NCBI GenBank assembly: GCA_001782045.1
Contig: MFNK01000008.1
Span: 2,597 to 66,596, forward strand
Length of the DNA stretch: 64,000 nt
Direction of reading: 5' to 3'
From: Candidatus Levybacteria bacterium RIFCSPHIGHO2_01_FULL_36_15b
Lineage (GTDB): Bacteria > Patescibacteriota > Microgenomatia > Levybacterales > UBA12049
Below the pieces are notes generated by a model. It did not search any database. It was not told where the DNA came from and saw only the letters and a list, made by a program, of their open reading frames with translations. This document shows positions 45,423-56,149 of this stretch, piece by piece; the first letter of the stretch is position 1, and each line of letters opens with the position of its first letter. The position numbers and the translations under genes are program-made.

Positions 45423-47183
45423 ATGGGAGATAACTACAGCGATAATTTAATTACAGGAAGCTCTTCGCAACAGGGATTTGGGAGAGTAAATGGAAACCCA
45501 CGAGTATATTTGCTTTTTGTTGTTTTCTTTTTAGTATTTGCAGTGCTAATTTTACGAGCCTTCTTCCTGCAGGTTATTAAAGGAGAATATTTTAGAGAGC
45601 TTTCAAACCAAAATAGAACAAAAACAGTTGCAATACATGCCGCGCGCGGTGTTATTTTTGACAGAAACGGAACCCCCTTGGTTTTTAACGAACCGGGATA
45701 CAGAATTATAAAAGATAATAAAACCGTACTTTTAAACCACGATCAAGCGCTGCCAATGCTTTCAAATAGTAACAATCAGCTGGAAGTAGATAGTTTACGG
45801 CGCTATCCATACGCAGACGAAATTTCTCATGTTTTAGGATATATCGGACAAATTTCACCCGAGGAACTTAAAAGTCCGCTTTTTAGCGAATATAAAGGAA
45901 ATGACTTAATTGGTAAAGAAGGAATAGAACGCTCCTACGAGCAGAGATTAAAGGGAATTGACGGAAGAAAATTACTGGAGGTTGATTCAAGCGGAAAAAC
46001 CCTAAGAAGCCTAGGCCAAGACGAGCCTATTGCCGGCGTTGACGTTACTCTAACGCTAGATTTAAACTTGCAGCAAAAAACATACGAAGCAATGAATAAT
46101 ATTAAAAAAGGCGCTGCAATTGTAAGTAAACCAAATGGGGAAATTCTTTCTTTGGTTTCCAAGCCGTCTTTTGACCCAAATCTTTTTACAATGGGAGAAA
46201 ATTATAAAGCCTCAACTATTAGTGCATACACAAATATTGAATCAGTACTTGCAGATTCTCAAAACCAGCCGCTTTTAGACAGAGCAATTTCAGGGGTTTA
46301 TCCTCCCGGCTCCACGTTTAAAATAGTAGTGGCCTCTGCCGCATTAAAAGACAAAGTAATAGATGAAAATTTCACAATTCTCGATACGGGAATTTTAAGA
46401 GTTGGCGCTTTTTCATTTTCTAACTGGTATTTTACAGGATATGGAAGAACTGATGGGACAGTTAATGTGGTAAAAGGAATACAGCGCTCCAACGACATAT
46501 TCTTTTACAAGCTAGCAGAAGCCTTAGGCGTAGAAAGCATTGCAAAAGGAGCAGCTTCATTTTTTGTAGGTAAACAGCTTGGAATTGACTTACTTGGAGA
46601 AGCAAGTGGTACTCTGCCAAGCGAAAGCTGGAAAAAAGAAAACATAGGAGAAGGGTGGTATTTGGGAGACACTTACCATTATGGAATAGGACAGGGATAC
46701 TTACTTACTACACCGCTTCAAGTAAATGCGTGGACTCAGGCAATAGGAAACGAGGGTAATTTGCATAGCCCCCATTTTTTAAAAGAAAAAGCAGATGAGA
46801 CAATTGCAAAAAATCTATTGGATAAAAAATCATTTGAGCTAATTAGACAGGGAATGATTGAATCTTGTGCAAAAGGAGGAGTTGCATGGCCGCTTTTTGA
46901 TTTTAAAGTAAAAAACTCAAAACTTAAAATTGACGGAAAAAACTTTTTAGAAGTAAAAGGGGCATCGGGTTCGGCGGAAACCAGACAAATTGTTGTGGCA
47001 TGTAAAACAGGGACAGCAGAACACGGAGATACCAAAGGGACTCCTCATGCGTGGATTACTTTGTTTGCGCCAGCGTACAATCCGCAAATTGTAGTTACTG
47101 TCTTGGCGGAAGAGTCTGGAGAGGGAAGTAATGTAGCAGCCCCAATAGCAAAGAAAATTTTAGAGGATTATTTTTCAAGATAA
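45423..47183 (+). CDS. mrdA: penicillin-binding protein 2 (peptidoglycan D,D-transpeptidase)
   Basis: SxxK (PPGSTFKIV), SxN (RSNDIFF) and KTG (CKTGTAEHG) motifs. N-terminal TM. Confidence 0.85.
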   Translation: MGDNYSDNLITGSSSQQGFGRVNGNPRVYLLFVVFFLVFAVLILRAFFLQVIKGEYFRELSNQNRTKTVAIHAARGVIFDRNGTPLVFNEPGYRIIKDNKTVLLNHDQALPMLSNSNNQLEVDSLRRYPYADEISHVLGYIGQISPEELKSPLFSEYKGNDLIGKEGIERSYEQRLKGIDGRKLLEVDSSGKTLRSLGQDEPIAGVDVTLTLDLNLQQKTYEAMNNIKKGAAIVSKPNGEILSLVSKPSFDPNLFTMGENYKASTISAYTNIESVLADSQNQPLLDRAISGVYPPGSTFKIVVASAALKDKVIDENFTILDTGILRVGAFSFSNWYFTGYGRTDGTVNVVKGIQRSNDIFFYKLAEALGVESIAKGAASFFVGKQLGIDLLGEASGTLPSESWKKENIGEGWYLGDTYHYGIGQGYLLTTPLQVNAWTQAIGNEGNLHSPHFLKEKADETIAKNLLDKKSFELIRQGMIESCAKGGVAWPLFDFKVKNSKLKIDGKNFLEVKGASGSAETRQIVVACKTGTAEHGDTKGTPHAWITLFAPAYNPQIVVTVLAEESGEGSNVAAPIAKKILEDYFSR

Positions 47184-47200
47184 GACTTATACGAAGAGAA

Positions 47201-47608
47201 TTATTCAACAATGTTGATGCTCATCAATTTAATTAAAGCAGTGTTGACCTTATGAAGTCTTTGATACTCATCTGTTATTCTTTGATTTTTCCAAAGTTCA
47301 CCGCAATAAGATATCTCATTCATTCTATCCGCAATAGAGCCTGCTATTTTTATTAAATTTGATTTTTCCACCATTAAAGTTTCTTCTTTTGCTTCTTTGG
47401 TCATTCTAAATACTCCTACCTTTTCAACTTCTATAGTTCTTTTTAAAGTAACCGATATTTTTCCATTCTCATCCGGTTCTCCCAAACTTCCAGAAAAATC
47501 TGTAACAGTTTTATATTTGGGTGCGATAAAATCTATTACATCTTTCGGGGCGATGACTTTTGCAAGCTCTGGATTGTCATGTAGGCCTGATTCAAAGTTG
47601 GTTGCCAT
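47201..47608 (-). CDS. hypothetical protein
   Basis: 135 aa with no motif recognised. Confidence 0.3.
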   Translation of the reverse strand: MATNFESGLHDNPELAKVIAPKDVIDFIAPKYKTVTDFSGSLGEPDENGKISVTLKRTIEVEKVGVFRMTKEAKEETLMVEKSNLIKIAGSIADRMNEISYCGELWKNQRITDEYQRLHKVNTALIKLMSINIVE

Positions 47609-47662
47609 CTGCTAAAAATACCACAAGGTCTTTCTCTTGTCAATTTTTGTTAATATAAAAAC

Positions 47663-48748
47663 ATGGAAGAAAGAGACTATTATTTAGGATTTAGTTTGGT
47701 TTCTGGTATTGGGCCAAAAACTCTTGGCTCGCTACTCAAGCACTTCAAAACTGCAAAAAAAGCTTGGAATGCTAGTTTAAAAGAGCTGCGAGATGCTGGC
47801 CTTGGAGAACTTACAACTCAAAAATTTCTGAAAAGTAAATCAGAGTTCAATTTTGCCGAATTTAAAAGAAAATTAAAACTTCAAAAAATTGATTATATTA
47901 CTATAGTAGATAAAGAGTATCCGCCACTTTTAAAGCAAATTCCAAACCCGCCAATTCTATTATTTATTAAGGGAAATAAGTTATTGCTTAGAAGTTCACA
48001 AATTTTGGCAATTGTTGGAACAAGAAAGATGACAAATTACGGGGCAGAAGTTACGGAAAAATTCGCATTTGAATTGGCAAGTGCTGGTTTTACAATTGTT
48101 TCGGGAATGGCATTGGGAGTTGATGGGCAAGCGCATTCAGCAACACTTGAAGCAAGAGGAAAAACAATTGCAGTTTTGGGAAACGGAGTTGACTTGCCGT
48201 TTCCCGCTAGCAACCAAAATTTATATCACAGAATTTTAGAAAAAAGGGGAGCGATAATTTCGGAGTTTCCCCCCGGTGAGCCTCCAAATAAAGGCACTTT
48301 TCCTAGTAGAAACAGAATTATTGCAGGAATATCGCAAGGAGTCTTGGTAACCGAAGGTGCGGAAGACAGCGGATCTTTAATTACTGCAAATTTAGGATTA
48401 GAGTATGGTCGAAAAGTATTTGCCGTACCGGGACCAATCACATCAAGTCTTTCAGCAGCGCCTCTTAAATTAATAGAAAAAGGAGCAAAATTGGTGGTTT
48501 CGCCCGATGATATTCTTAAAGAATTTAGAATTCAGAGTCCGGAATTAAGAATTAGTGAGCAAAAATTCAAAGGATTAACAAAGGAAGAACTTAAAATCGC
48601 TCAAATTTTAGAAAACGAGTCGCTTAGTTTTGACGAAATCGTGCGAAAACTCGGCTCAAAATCCTCACAAATTGCAACAACGCTTTCAATTATGGAAATT
48701 AAAGGAATTCTTAAAAACTCTGGTGGTAACTACTTGTTGTCCTCATGA
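47663..48748 (+). CDS. dprA: DNA processing protein DprA (Smf)
   Basis: IVGTRKMTNYGAEVTEKFAFELASAGFTIVSGMALGVDGQAH Rossmann-like DprA core. C-terminal winged-helix-like region. Confidence 0.85.
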   Translation: MEERDYYLGFSLVSGIGPKTLGSLLKHFKTAKKAWNASLKELRDAGLGELTTQKFLKSKSEFNFAEFKRKLKLQKIDYITIVDKEYPPLLKQIPNPPILLFIKGNKLLLRSSQILAIVGTRKMTNYGAEVTEKFAFELASAGFTIVSGMALGVDGQAHSATLEARGKTIAVLGNGVDLPFPASNQNLYHRILEKRGAIISEFPPGEPPNKGTFPSRNRIIAGISQGVLVTEGAEDSGSLITANLGLEYGRKVFAVPGPITSSLSAAPLKLIEKGAKLVVSPDDILKEFRIQSPELRISEQKFKGLTKEELKIAQILENESLSFDEIVRKLGSKSSQIATTLSIMEIKGILKNSGGNYLLSS

Positions 48749-49332
48749 GGAGAATAAATTACAAGTTGCCCTTTTAATACTTTATCTATGATGAATGGGA
48801 ATTTAAGGTCTCCCAAACTTTCTGTTTGGACCCCTATTTCTTTTGCCATTTGCTCCGCAAACTCAGCAAGAAACTCCCGTCTGTATGAAGGACGAAAAGC
48901 AGTTCTGTTAAGAATTTTTGCAATCAGAAGTTTCTCTAAAACAATATTGGGAATCGTTGGAGCTCGATTCGTAACATAGTTCGTAATTTGCGGGGCTGTA
49001 AGCACTTGTTTAAATTGGAGGGCGGCGAAAGAATAATTCCCAAACCGCACTTGAAAATCTACGACCTCTTCCATGTTTGGATATTCCTCATATTTAGCCT
49101 CAACAGTTCCATTTATTACTCCCAAAAGATAATCTGCAGCTGCTTTATATTGTGGATCTTCTTCGTATTCGGGCGCGACAAAACCTGATCCCGAATCAGA
49201 TGGAGGTTCACTGTACTCGCCGTATCCAACAGCGGTTCTTCCGGGAGGAATAATTCCTGCGCCGTCCGCGCCGGGTTGGGGCTCCGGAATTACATCTTCA
49301 TCTATAAAAACACCACCTTCACTTGTATTCAT
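48730..49332 (-). CDS. hypothetical protein
   Basis: 200 aa with no motif recognised. Confidence 0.3.
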   Translation of the reverse strand: MNTSEGGVFIDEDVIPEPQPGADGAGIIPPGRTAVGYGEYSEPPSDSGSGFVAPEYEEDPQYKAAADYLLGVINGTVEAKYEEYPNMEEVVDFQVRFGNYSFAALQFKQVLTAPQITNYVTNRAPTIPNIVLEKLLIAKILNRTAFRPSYRREFLAEFAEQMAKEIGVQTESLGDLKFPFIIDKVLKGQLVIYSPHEDNK

Positions 49333-49396
49333 GGCTCGGATTATACAACATTTTCATTAATTGACAAAAAATAAATAGATTGTTATATTTCGCTAG

Positions 49397-49759
49397 ATGG
49401 CAATAGCAGAAAGGGCCCCAGAATTAACCGCTGAAAAAAGAAAATCTGCTTTAATAAGCTTAGTGACCGAGAGACTAAAAGGCGATGATGGGGTTGTTCG
49501 GATTTTTGGAATCAATTTAATATATTGGCAACATGAAAAGTGTACTCTATTAGAACTTAAGCCGGGTCTATTAAAGGGAAAAAGTTGGGATAGAAGCCAA
49601 AACTTTTCGGAAATTGTTGAATTTGAGATTGGTTTAAATTCAAGGTTTAAAGATAATAAAAATAAAGTTAATTTAAAAGGTGAAGAAGCGCTTACTATGG
49701 CAGAACAGCACATCGAAGAATTTCTTCCACCGCAGCCCCAAATGCTGCAGGAGCCCTAA
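49397..49759 (+). CDS. hypothetical protein
   Basis: 120 aa with no motif recognised. Confidence 0.3.
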   Translation: MAIAERAPELTAEKRKSALISLVTERLKGDDGVVRIFGINLIYWQHEKCTLLELKPGLLKGKSWDRSQNFSEIVEFEIGLNSRFKDNKNKVNLKGEEALTMAEQHIEEFLPPQPQMLQEP

Positions 49760-49908
49760 ACTACTAATTTCGTCTGGTACTTGACAAGGGTGGTATCATT
49801 TACACTAAACTGATTAAGTTAAAGTTATGAATCCCATTAATCTTACCGTTCGCCTTTTCAGTACTATTCGTACACGGCTCACGGAGCAATTTTAACGGGA
49901 CAGGGAAT

Positions 49909-51942
49909 TTGTTTATCAACATGAAAAACTTAGTAATAGTAGAATCGCCGACTAAGGCCCGCACAATCGGGCGTTTTTTAGGGGAAGATTATAAAATTTT
50001 GGCTTCTATGGGTCACATTATGGATTTACCCAAAAGCAAATTATCGGTTGACGTGGAAAAGGATTTTGCGCCTGATTATCAGCAAATGCCGGATAAAAAA
50101 AAGACAATTGCAGAGCTTAAATCGGAAGGTAAGACGGCAGAAAATATATTCTTGGCAACTGACCCGGACCGCGAAGGCGAGGCAATAGCTGCTCATGTTG
50201 CGGAAGTTTTAAAAGAATTAGAAACTAAAGCTAAATTTTCAAGAGTTGTATTTCATGAAATTACAAAAGAAGCAATTGAAGATGCTTTTAATAATCCAAG
50301 GGAAATTGATGTCAATTTGGTTGATGCCCAAACCGCAAGAAGAGTTCTCGACCGTTTGGTCGGCTACAATCTTTCGCCTGTTTTATGGAGAAAAGTAAGA
50401 AGGGGATTGTCTGCAGGAAGAGTTCAATCTGTGGCTCTCCGCCTAATTGTAGAAAGAGAGCGTGAAATTGAAAAGTTTAAAAAAGAACCATACTGGACTA
50501 TCTCAACAGTTCTTAAGAATAAAGAAGAAACAGACTTTGATTTAATTGAAATAAACAAAGAAAAGATAGAAATCTCGCAAAAATTAAGTTTGTACGATGG
50601 GGAATACAAGTTCGTAAAAACCACGATTGAAACAGAAGGAAAATCAGCTAATCTTGAAAAAGATCTCGCAACTAAAGAATTCGTCGTTTCCGATGTGGCT
50701 AAAAAAGAAAGCAAACGTACGCCTCCTCCTCCGTACACAACTTCTACCTTGCAGCAGGATGGCGCAAGAAGGATGGGGTTATCGGGAAAGCGAACAATGC
50801 AGCTTGCCCAAAAACTTTACGAAGAGGGTTTTATTACTTATCACCGAACAGATTCTTTTGCGATTTCGGATTCGGCAAGAAAACAAATGTACGCATTCGT
50901 TAAAGCGACTTTTGGAGAAAAATATTTATCAGAAAAACCAAGGTTTTACAAAAATACTTCTAAAAACGCACAGGAAGCACACGAAGCAATAAGACCTACC
51001 AAGGCAAATGTTGACGGCTCTACAGTAGCAAAAGAGCTTGGACCGCAATACGGCAAGCTATACGAATTAATCTGGAGAAGAGCGCTTGCAACGGCAATGG
51101 CGGACGCTTTAATTGAATCAACAACAGTACTAGTAGACGCGGGAAATGGGGCATATACCCTAAAAACAAACGGAAGTGTGCTTTTATTTGAGGGATTTTT
51201 AAAAATTAATCCGCAAGCCTTGGAAGATAAAAGGCTTCCCGAATTTAAAGCGGGCGAAAAACTTCAATATGTAAGTACGCTATCCGAATCGCACGAAACG
51301 CTGCCGCCTCCAAGATACAATGATGCATCTATTATTAAAACCTTGGAGGAAAAGGGGATTGGAAGGCCATCAACTTATGCCACAATTATTTCTACTATCG
51401 AATCACGTGCTTATATAGAAAGAGAAGAAGGACGTTTTAAGCCAACTTCTGTAGGAATTGCGGTAAATGATTTTCTTGTCGCAAATTTTTCGGATGTTGA
51501 CGATATTCCTTTTACTGCGCAAATGGAAGATGAGTTAGACGAGATTGCAAATGGAGTTAAAAAGTGGGTGCCCGTAATAAGAGAGTTTTATACGCCTTTT
51601 GAAAAGGATTTAAAAAACGTAGAAGACGCAGCAAGAGTTAAAATTGCAGTTGAACAAACAGATACGGTTTGTCCTTTATGCGGAAAAGGAAATTTGGTAA
51701 TAAGACATGGAAGATTTGGAAAATTTTTGTCCTGTTCAACATTTCCGGACTGCAAATATACAGCGCCTTTGGTAAATAAAACAGATTTAATATGTCCTAA
51801 AGATGGAGGACAAATTGTAATCAAAAAGACCAAGAGAGGCCGAAAGTTCTATGGTTGCAGTAACTACCCAAAATGCGACTTCGCCGCTTGGAAGTTAGAG
51901 GATATTAAGAAGTCAGAGTCTGTTGGGCCTTCGAAATCCTGA
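49909..51942 (+). CDS. topA: DNA topoisomerase I
   Basis: TOPRIM N-terminus (LVIVESPTKARTIGRFLG). Catalytic Tyr region (GFITYHRTDS). C-terminal Cys4 zinc ribbons (CPLCGKG...CSTFPDCKY; CPKDGG...CSNYPKCDF). Confidence 0.9.
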   Translation: MFINMKNLVIVESPTKARTIGRFLGEDYKILASMGHIMDLPKSKLSVDVEKDFAPDYQQMPDKKKTIAELKSEGKTAENIFLATDPDREGEAIAAHVAEVLKELETKAKFSRVVFHEITKEAIEDAFNNPREIDVNLVDAQTARRVLDRLVGYNLSPVLWRKVRRGLSAGRVQSVALRLIVEREREIEKFKKEPYWTISTVLKNKEETDFDLIEINKEKIEISQKLSLYDGEYKFVKTTIETEGKSANLEKDLATKEFVVSDVAKKESKRTPPPPYTTSTLQQDGARRMGLSGKRTMQLAQKLYEEGFITYHRTDSFAISDSARKQMYAFVKATFGEKYLSEKPRFYKNTSKNAQEAHEAIRPTKANVDGSTVAKELGPQYGKLYELIWRRALATAMADALIESTTVLVDAGNGAYTLKTNGSVLLFEGFLKINPQALEDKRLPEFKAGEKLQYVSTLSESHETLPPPRYNDASIIKTLEEKGIGRPSTYATIISTIESRAYIEREEGRFKPTSVGIAVNDFLVANFSDVDDIPFTAQMEDELDEIANGVKKWVPVIREFYTPFEKDLKNVEDAARVKIAVEQTDTVCPLCGKGNLVIRHGRFGKFLSCSTFPDCKYTAPLVNKTDLICPKDGGQIVIKKTKRGRKFYGCSNYPKCDFAAWKLEDIKKSESVGPSKS

Positions 51943-51969
51943 GTTAGTCGAAAGAGAAAATAAAGAATA

Positions 51970-52683
51970 TTAAAGAGTTTTGATTGATTTAATTATTTCT
52001 TCAAATTCGGAGACAATTTTTGGATCAGGGACTGCTACTCCTGTTGTAAGATTCATGTGTCCCACAGTTGTCGGCTGACCGAAAGAGCCATCACTTGTAT
52101 TCTTTTGGCAATAAGAATAAGCCATTTTGCCGTTTGAAGGAGATTCTGTTTGTCTTAATGTCGCAAAGCCAGTTATTAAATCCTTATACTTGTTAGTTCT
52201 ATAATCGCTAGCTGGGCTTTCCGGCATATCGCCTTCGTAAATGCACTGTGCGCCACCTGTTGCAGCTTGGAAAATTTTAAGAGCATATCCTTGCTTTGTA
52301 AGAGTAACAGTGGAAACAGGAACTGAATTATCTCTTTCCTCTTTCAGCGTCCAGTCAGCAGGATATATAAGGCTATATCCTGAAAAGCCAAGCTCTGAAA
52401 ACTTAGCCGAAGTAAACGATTTAGTTTGTACTGCTTTTGTTGGTTCTTGCGTTGGTGAATCAAAAGATTCTTCTAAAGCTTGCGATACAGTGGGAGTAGG
52501 TGTGTCGCTGGGCTGTGTATTTGTAGTTTTTTGAGTTCCAAAATAATAAGCCCCACCAACAAGAACCAAAATTAACGCAATAAGAATGCCAAGTTTTATC
52601 CACTTAGAGTTTATAAAAACTCCTTTCTGAGTAGGTTTTTCAACTTCTATATTTTGATTTTGGCCTTGAATTTCTTGTTCCAT
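51970..52683 (-). CDS. hypothetical membrane-anchored/secreted protein
   Basis: N-terminal TM after a charged region. Thr/Pro-rich linker. Confidence 0.35.
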   Translation of the reverse strand: MEQEIQGQNQNIEVEKPTQKGVFINSKWIKLGILIALILVLVGGAYYFGTQKTTNTQPSDTPTPTVSQALEESFDSPTQEPTKAVQTKSFTSAKFSELGFSGYSLIYPADWTLKEERDNSVPVSTVTLTKQGYALKIFQAATGGAQCIYEGDMPESPASDYRTNKYKDLITGFATLRQTESPSNGKMAYSYCQKNTSDGSFGQPTTVGHMNLTTGVAVPDPKIVSEFEEIIKSIKTL

Positions 52684-53072
52684 TATGGCGTCGGCGATGC
52701 ACTAACTGTTGCTGTTACGCTAGGTGTAGGGGAGGCCTCGATTGTTGGCGTTGGGGTGTCAGTTGCGGCTAAAGTGGGTAATGGCGCTTCGGTTGCGATT
52801 GGCATTGGAGTTGGAATAGCCTGACTCTCTTGATTGCTGTTTCCTTTAAGAACAAAGAAATATAGAAGAGCTAATACTATTGGAATTAAAAATAGCAATA
52901 CTATTCCTACAATTGTCCATTTACTGCTAAAGATTGAAGGTTTATTGGGTGGGGTAAACCCAGGAGTTTGGGGCGCAACAACAGTTTCAACAGGCGGAGG
53001 AGTAGGCGCGTTAGGTTGAATTGCTTGAGGAGATTGATCGGCGTTTGGATTCATACAAAAAGTATTACACAA
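52683..53072 (-). CDS. hypothetical Pro/Thr-rich membrane protein
   Basis: 129 aa with a single TM. PT-rich low-complexity tail. Confidence 0.3.
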   Translation of the reverse strand: MCNTFCMNPNADQSPQAIQPNAPTPPPVETVVAPQTPGFTPPNKPSIFSSKWTIVGIVLLFLIPIVLALLYFFVLKGNSNQESQAIPTPMPIATEAPLPTLAATDTPTPTIEASPTPSVTATVSASPTP

Positions 53073-53096
53073 AATCCAGTTACTAGCAACTATTAA

Positions 53097-53540
53097 TTAG
53101 AAAATTATAGCTAGAATTACAATGGCAGTCACAATAATAGCTTGATTCATAAATCCCCATGGTAGTTCAATCTCGTGTTCAAAAGATTTCTGAAGATTAT
53201 AAAAAGGCTTGAAGAGTTGTATCTTAAAAAAATAGTATGGTGCTGTAAGCCAGTCAAAAGACTGGGCAGCAAAAATCATAACTACCGCGTAAAAATAATT
53301 CGTGTCCGGAAATAGAAAATAAATTAAAAGAAAAGAGATTAAAAAACCTGCAGATATATCAATTAAAGTATGAAATATCAGTTTATTCCAGGATTTTTCT
53401 TTTCTATTTGTGGCAGTGTCCCAATGAGGTATAGAATCAGCAACTACGTGAGATGCTACTGCTAGAGGAATTGCTAAAGCTGGATTACCTATTTTTGCTG
53501 CTATTACTGTTCCGATTATTGCATGTCCGGTAGCTGTCAT
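53097..53540 (-). CDS. hypothetical integral membrane protein
   Basis: 147 aa with 4 predicted TM. Confidence 0.35.
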   Translation of the reverse strand: MTATGHAIIGTVIAAKIGNPALAIPLAVASHVVADSIPHWDTATNRKEKSWNKLIFHTLIDISAGFLISFLLIYFLFPDTNYFYAVVMIFAAQSFDWLTAPYYFFKIQLFKPFYNLQKSFEHEIELPWGFMNQAIIVTAIVILAIIF

Positions 53541-53626
53541 GATGCATCTTTTATTATACTCTTATAAAAATTAAGAGTTCAACAAGAATACTTGACAATA
53601 AGCATTATTTAGCTAACAATTAATAT

Positions 53627-54529
53627 GTGAAAAGAAATTTATATACTTTCACATTCCTTCTACTCTTTATACTTTTTTCTCCAAAAGCAGTATTTGCATC
53701 TGATTTTCCGCCTGTTACATCAGGCGCGGGTTTATTTTTGCCGGATAGTCCTTTTTATTCTTTAGACAAACTTTATCAAAAGGTAAAACTTGGTTTTGCC
53801 TTTACTCCCGAGAAAAGAGCAGAGGTTAGAAATCAAATTTTAGGAGAGCGAATGGCAGAATTAAGAGTTATGTATGCAAAAGCAGATAGAAGAGGAATTA
53901 ACTTATCTCTAATTGAGTTAACTGAAGAAGCAAGAAAAGCAGAGGCAGATATTAAAGAAGCACAAGCCTTGGGAATTGATGTATCGGTGCTTGCAAAAAA
54001 TGTTAATGACAATCTAAGGGATTATAGAATGATTTTATCTAAAGTATCAGAAGGCGCAACAAGCGACGTTTCTTTGAGCCTTGAAAGCGCAAGCGAATCG
54101 CTTCTTGCTTCCAAAATTATAGTCGAGGACTTTTTAAATACTCAAGATTATGAAGAGGCAGTAAATAATGATTTGGAAGACGAGCTTAACACGAACGTTT
54201 TAGGTGTATCAACCAGAGCAGATAAGATAGAAGCGAAGCTTAATAAATTGCAAAAAAAAGCAAGCGAAACAGCAGAACTTGAAAAGAAAAAAATCGCACA
54301 GGAAGAAACAAAGCTCAAAAAGATTGAAGCTGCAAAAAAGAAACTAAGAATGGAACTTTTAGAAAGAAGAAAGAAACTTTTGGAAGAAAGAAAGGCAAAA
54401 TTGGAAGCAGCAAGAGAAGCGGCCAAAAAAGCTAAAGAAGCAGCTTTAAAGTTTAAAGAAACAAGAAGAGCAGAAAACGAGTTAAGACAAAATACTCAAG
54501 AAATAGAGCAAACAGAAGTAGCAAATTAA
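53627..54529 (+). CDS. secreted coiled-coil protein (signal peptide plus Lys/Glu/Ala-rich C-terminus)
   Basis: N-terminal hydrophobic signal-like segment. Long charged heptad-like C-terminal region. Confidence 0.4.
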   Translation: MKRNLYTFTFLLLFILFSPKAVFASDFPPVTSGAGLFLPDSPFYSLDKLYQKVKLGFAFTPEKRAEVRNQILGERMAELRVMYAKADRRGINLSLIELTEEARKAEADIKEAQALGIDVSVLAKNVNDNLRDYRMILSKVSEGATSDVSLSLESASESLLASKIIVEDFLNTQDYEEAVNNDLEDELNTNVLGVSTRADKIEAKLNKLQKKASETAELEKKKIAQEETKLKKIEAAKKKLRMELLERRKKLLEERKAKLEAAREAAKKAKEAALKFKETRRAENELRQNTQEIEQTEVAN

Positions 54530-54531
54530 TA

Positions 54532-56100
54532 CTATTCCAACTCTTCTCTTTTAGTGGCTACATAAACGAACCATTGCTCGAAAAATCCGATTAAGCCCTT
54601 AAAAGGAGCCTCTATTATAAAATCAATTGTTATAAGAAGAAAATTTATTTGGGTTATTCCTTCGGTTAGGCTTCTTCCGACTCTTATTATTGGAACAAAG
54701 AAAAAATCAAAAATTGGAGTAAATATGTTTTGTTTTCGTGCAACAGTATAGCTGTTTGCAGTTTGGTTAATTCTATAAGAAAGAAACGAAATTATTGCTA
54801 TAAAAAATATAAATATACCCTTGCTTAGAATATTAAAATGAAGTTCTCCTAATAAAAACCAAATTATTCCAAAAGTTAAGACAATGGTTAAAAGCCAAAA
54901 AATGCTAAACATATAATCTTTTAATGTTGCCGCCTCTTTAGTTTTTTTAAGAACCAACGTTTTAGTAATAACAGGAGTTTCCATAAATAATATCTTTTGA
55001 ATACCTGCATAAATAAATTCCGTATTTTTTACTCCTGGTGTTCTAATTGCAAGTCCTGCCACAGCCATAATTATTGGCGGAAGAACGGTGTTTAGGGTAA
55101 TTGAGCTCCACTGAATTCTTCCTAAAAAAATACTTTCAAATGTGCCCTCTATTGCCAAAGCGGTAATTGCTTTGGTAAATAGAATAAAAATGAAGCTTCG
55201 AATTATTGCGGTTCGTACCTTTCGCTTTATTGTCTGATATTTTCGCTCACAAACCCCAAATACTTTCATTCTGAATTTTTCTTTATCAAGGACTAGAAGT
55301 TTTATGTTTTCTCTTTCTTCAAGTAATATTTCGTAAAGAATTAAAAAAGGAGGTGTTATTTTTTTAATGTGGCTTACAATCCTTTCTTTTTTAGGGAATT
55401 GAAGCTGGTATTTGATTTCGCTATAACCTTTTTCAAAATTTTGTTCAATTTGGTTAAAGCTAGAACTGTTTAACCTTCCAAAAATTTGTACGAAGAGCTT
55501 ATATCTTAAAAATGCCAAATCGTCTTTGGAAAAACTTTTCCTAATTGCCAAAAAAACCTGAATATCTTTTGTTTCCTCGGTTTCATCTTCCATAATTACG
55601 CTTTCCCGCAGGATTTTAAACATAAAATTGGCAACAGCATCTTTTTCACGGTTTGGGATAAGAATATATAAAATTTCACAAGACAGAATCTGCATAATAA
55701 AGGTGTTTAAGTCGTCATTTGAAATTATTTTTTGTGCCGAAACAGAGTTTTTTAGTTTAAAATGAAGTTCAATTGCACCGGCTAAGTGTTCTGTTAAGCT
55801 TTGCGGAATGGTTGCATTGGGGAAATATCCTGCCCAAATTAGTTCTCTAATTAGGCTTTGTGCCAAATGTTTGGGATCTTGCTCGAGAATCAACATTCTT
55901 TTTAACATTCTTTCAATCGCGCGTCTTGGAATTGTTTCCTCCGAACCGTAGTCCATTGATGTTCTGAATTTTTCGTAAAACGAGGCAACTTTTGAAATTA
56001 ATGCATTTACAGTAACAGTATCGTTTTTTTCTTCATACTGTTTTTTTTCAAAAACACTAATAAGTTTTTCCGCAAGACTTGAAAATGAATTAGGTTCCAT
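54532..56100 (-). CDS. hypothetical protein with C-terminal polytopic membrane domain
   Basis: 522 aa. Soluble N-terminal ~330 aa, then more than 4 TM. Confidence 0.35.
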   Translation of the reverse strand: MEPNSFSSLAEKLISVFEKKQYEEKNDTVTVNALISKVASFYEKFRTSMDYGSEETIPRRAIERMLKRMLILEQDPKHLAQSLIRELIWAGYFPNATIPQSLTEHLAGAIELHFKLKNSVSAQKIISNDDLNTFIMQILSCEILYILIPNREKDAVANFMFKILRESVIMEDETEETKDIQVFLAIRKSFSKDDLAFLRYKLFVQIFGRLNSSSFNQIEQNFEKGYSEIKYQLQFPKKERIVSHIKKITPPFLILYEILLEERENIKLLVLDKEKFRMKVFGVCERKYQTIKRKVRTAIIRSFIFILFTKAITALAIEGTFESIFLGRIQWSSITLNTVLPPIIMAVAGLAIRTPGVKNTEFIYAGIQKILFMETPVITKTLVLKKTKEAATLKDYMFSIFWLLTIVLTFGIIWFLLGELHFNILSKGIFIFFIAIISFLSYRINQTANSYTVARKQNIFTPIFDFFFVPIIRVGRSLTEGITQINFLLITIDFIIEAPFKGLIGFFEQWFVYVATKREELE

Positions 56101-56149
56101 TGGTAAGGCGCATTATATCAAATCTCAATTAGATTGATATAATAGTGTA

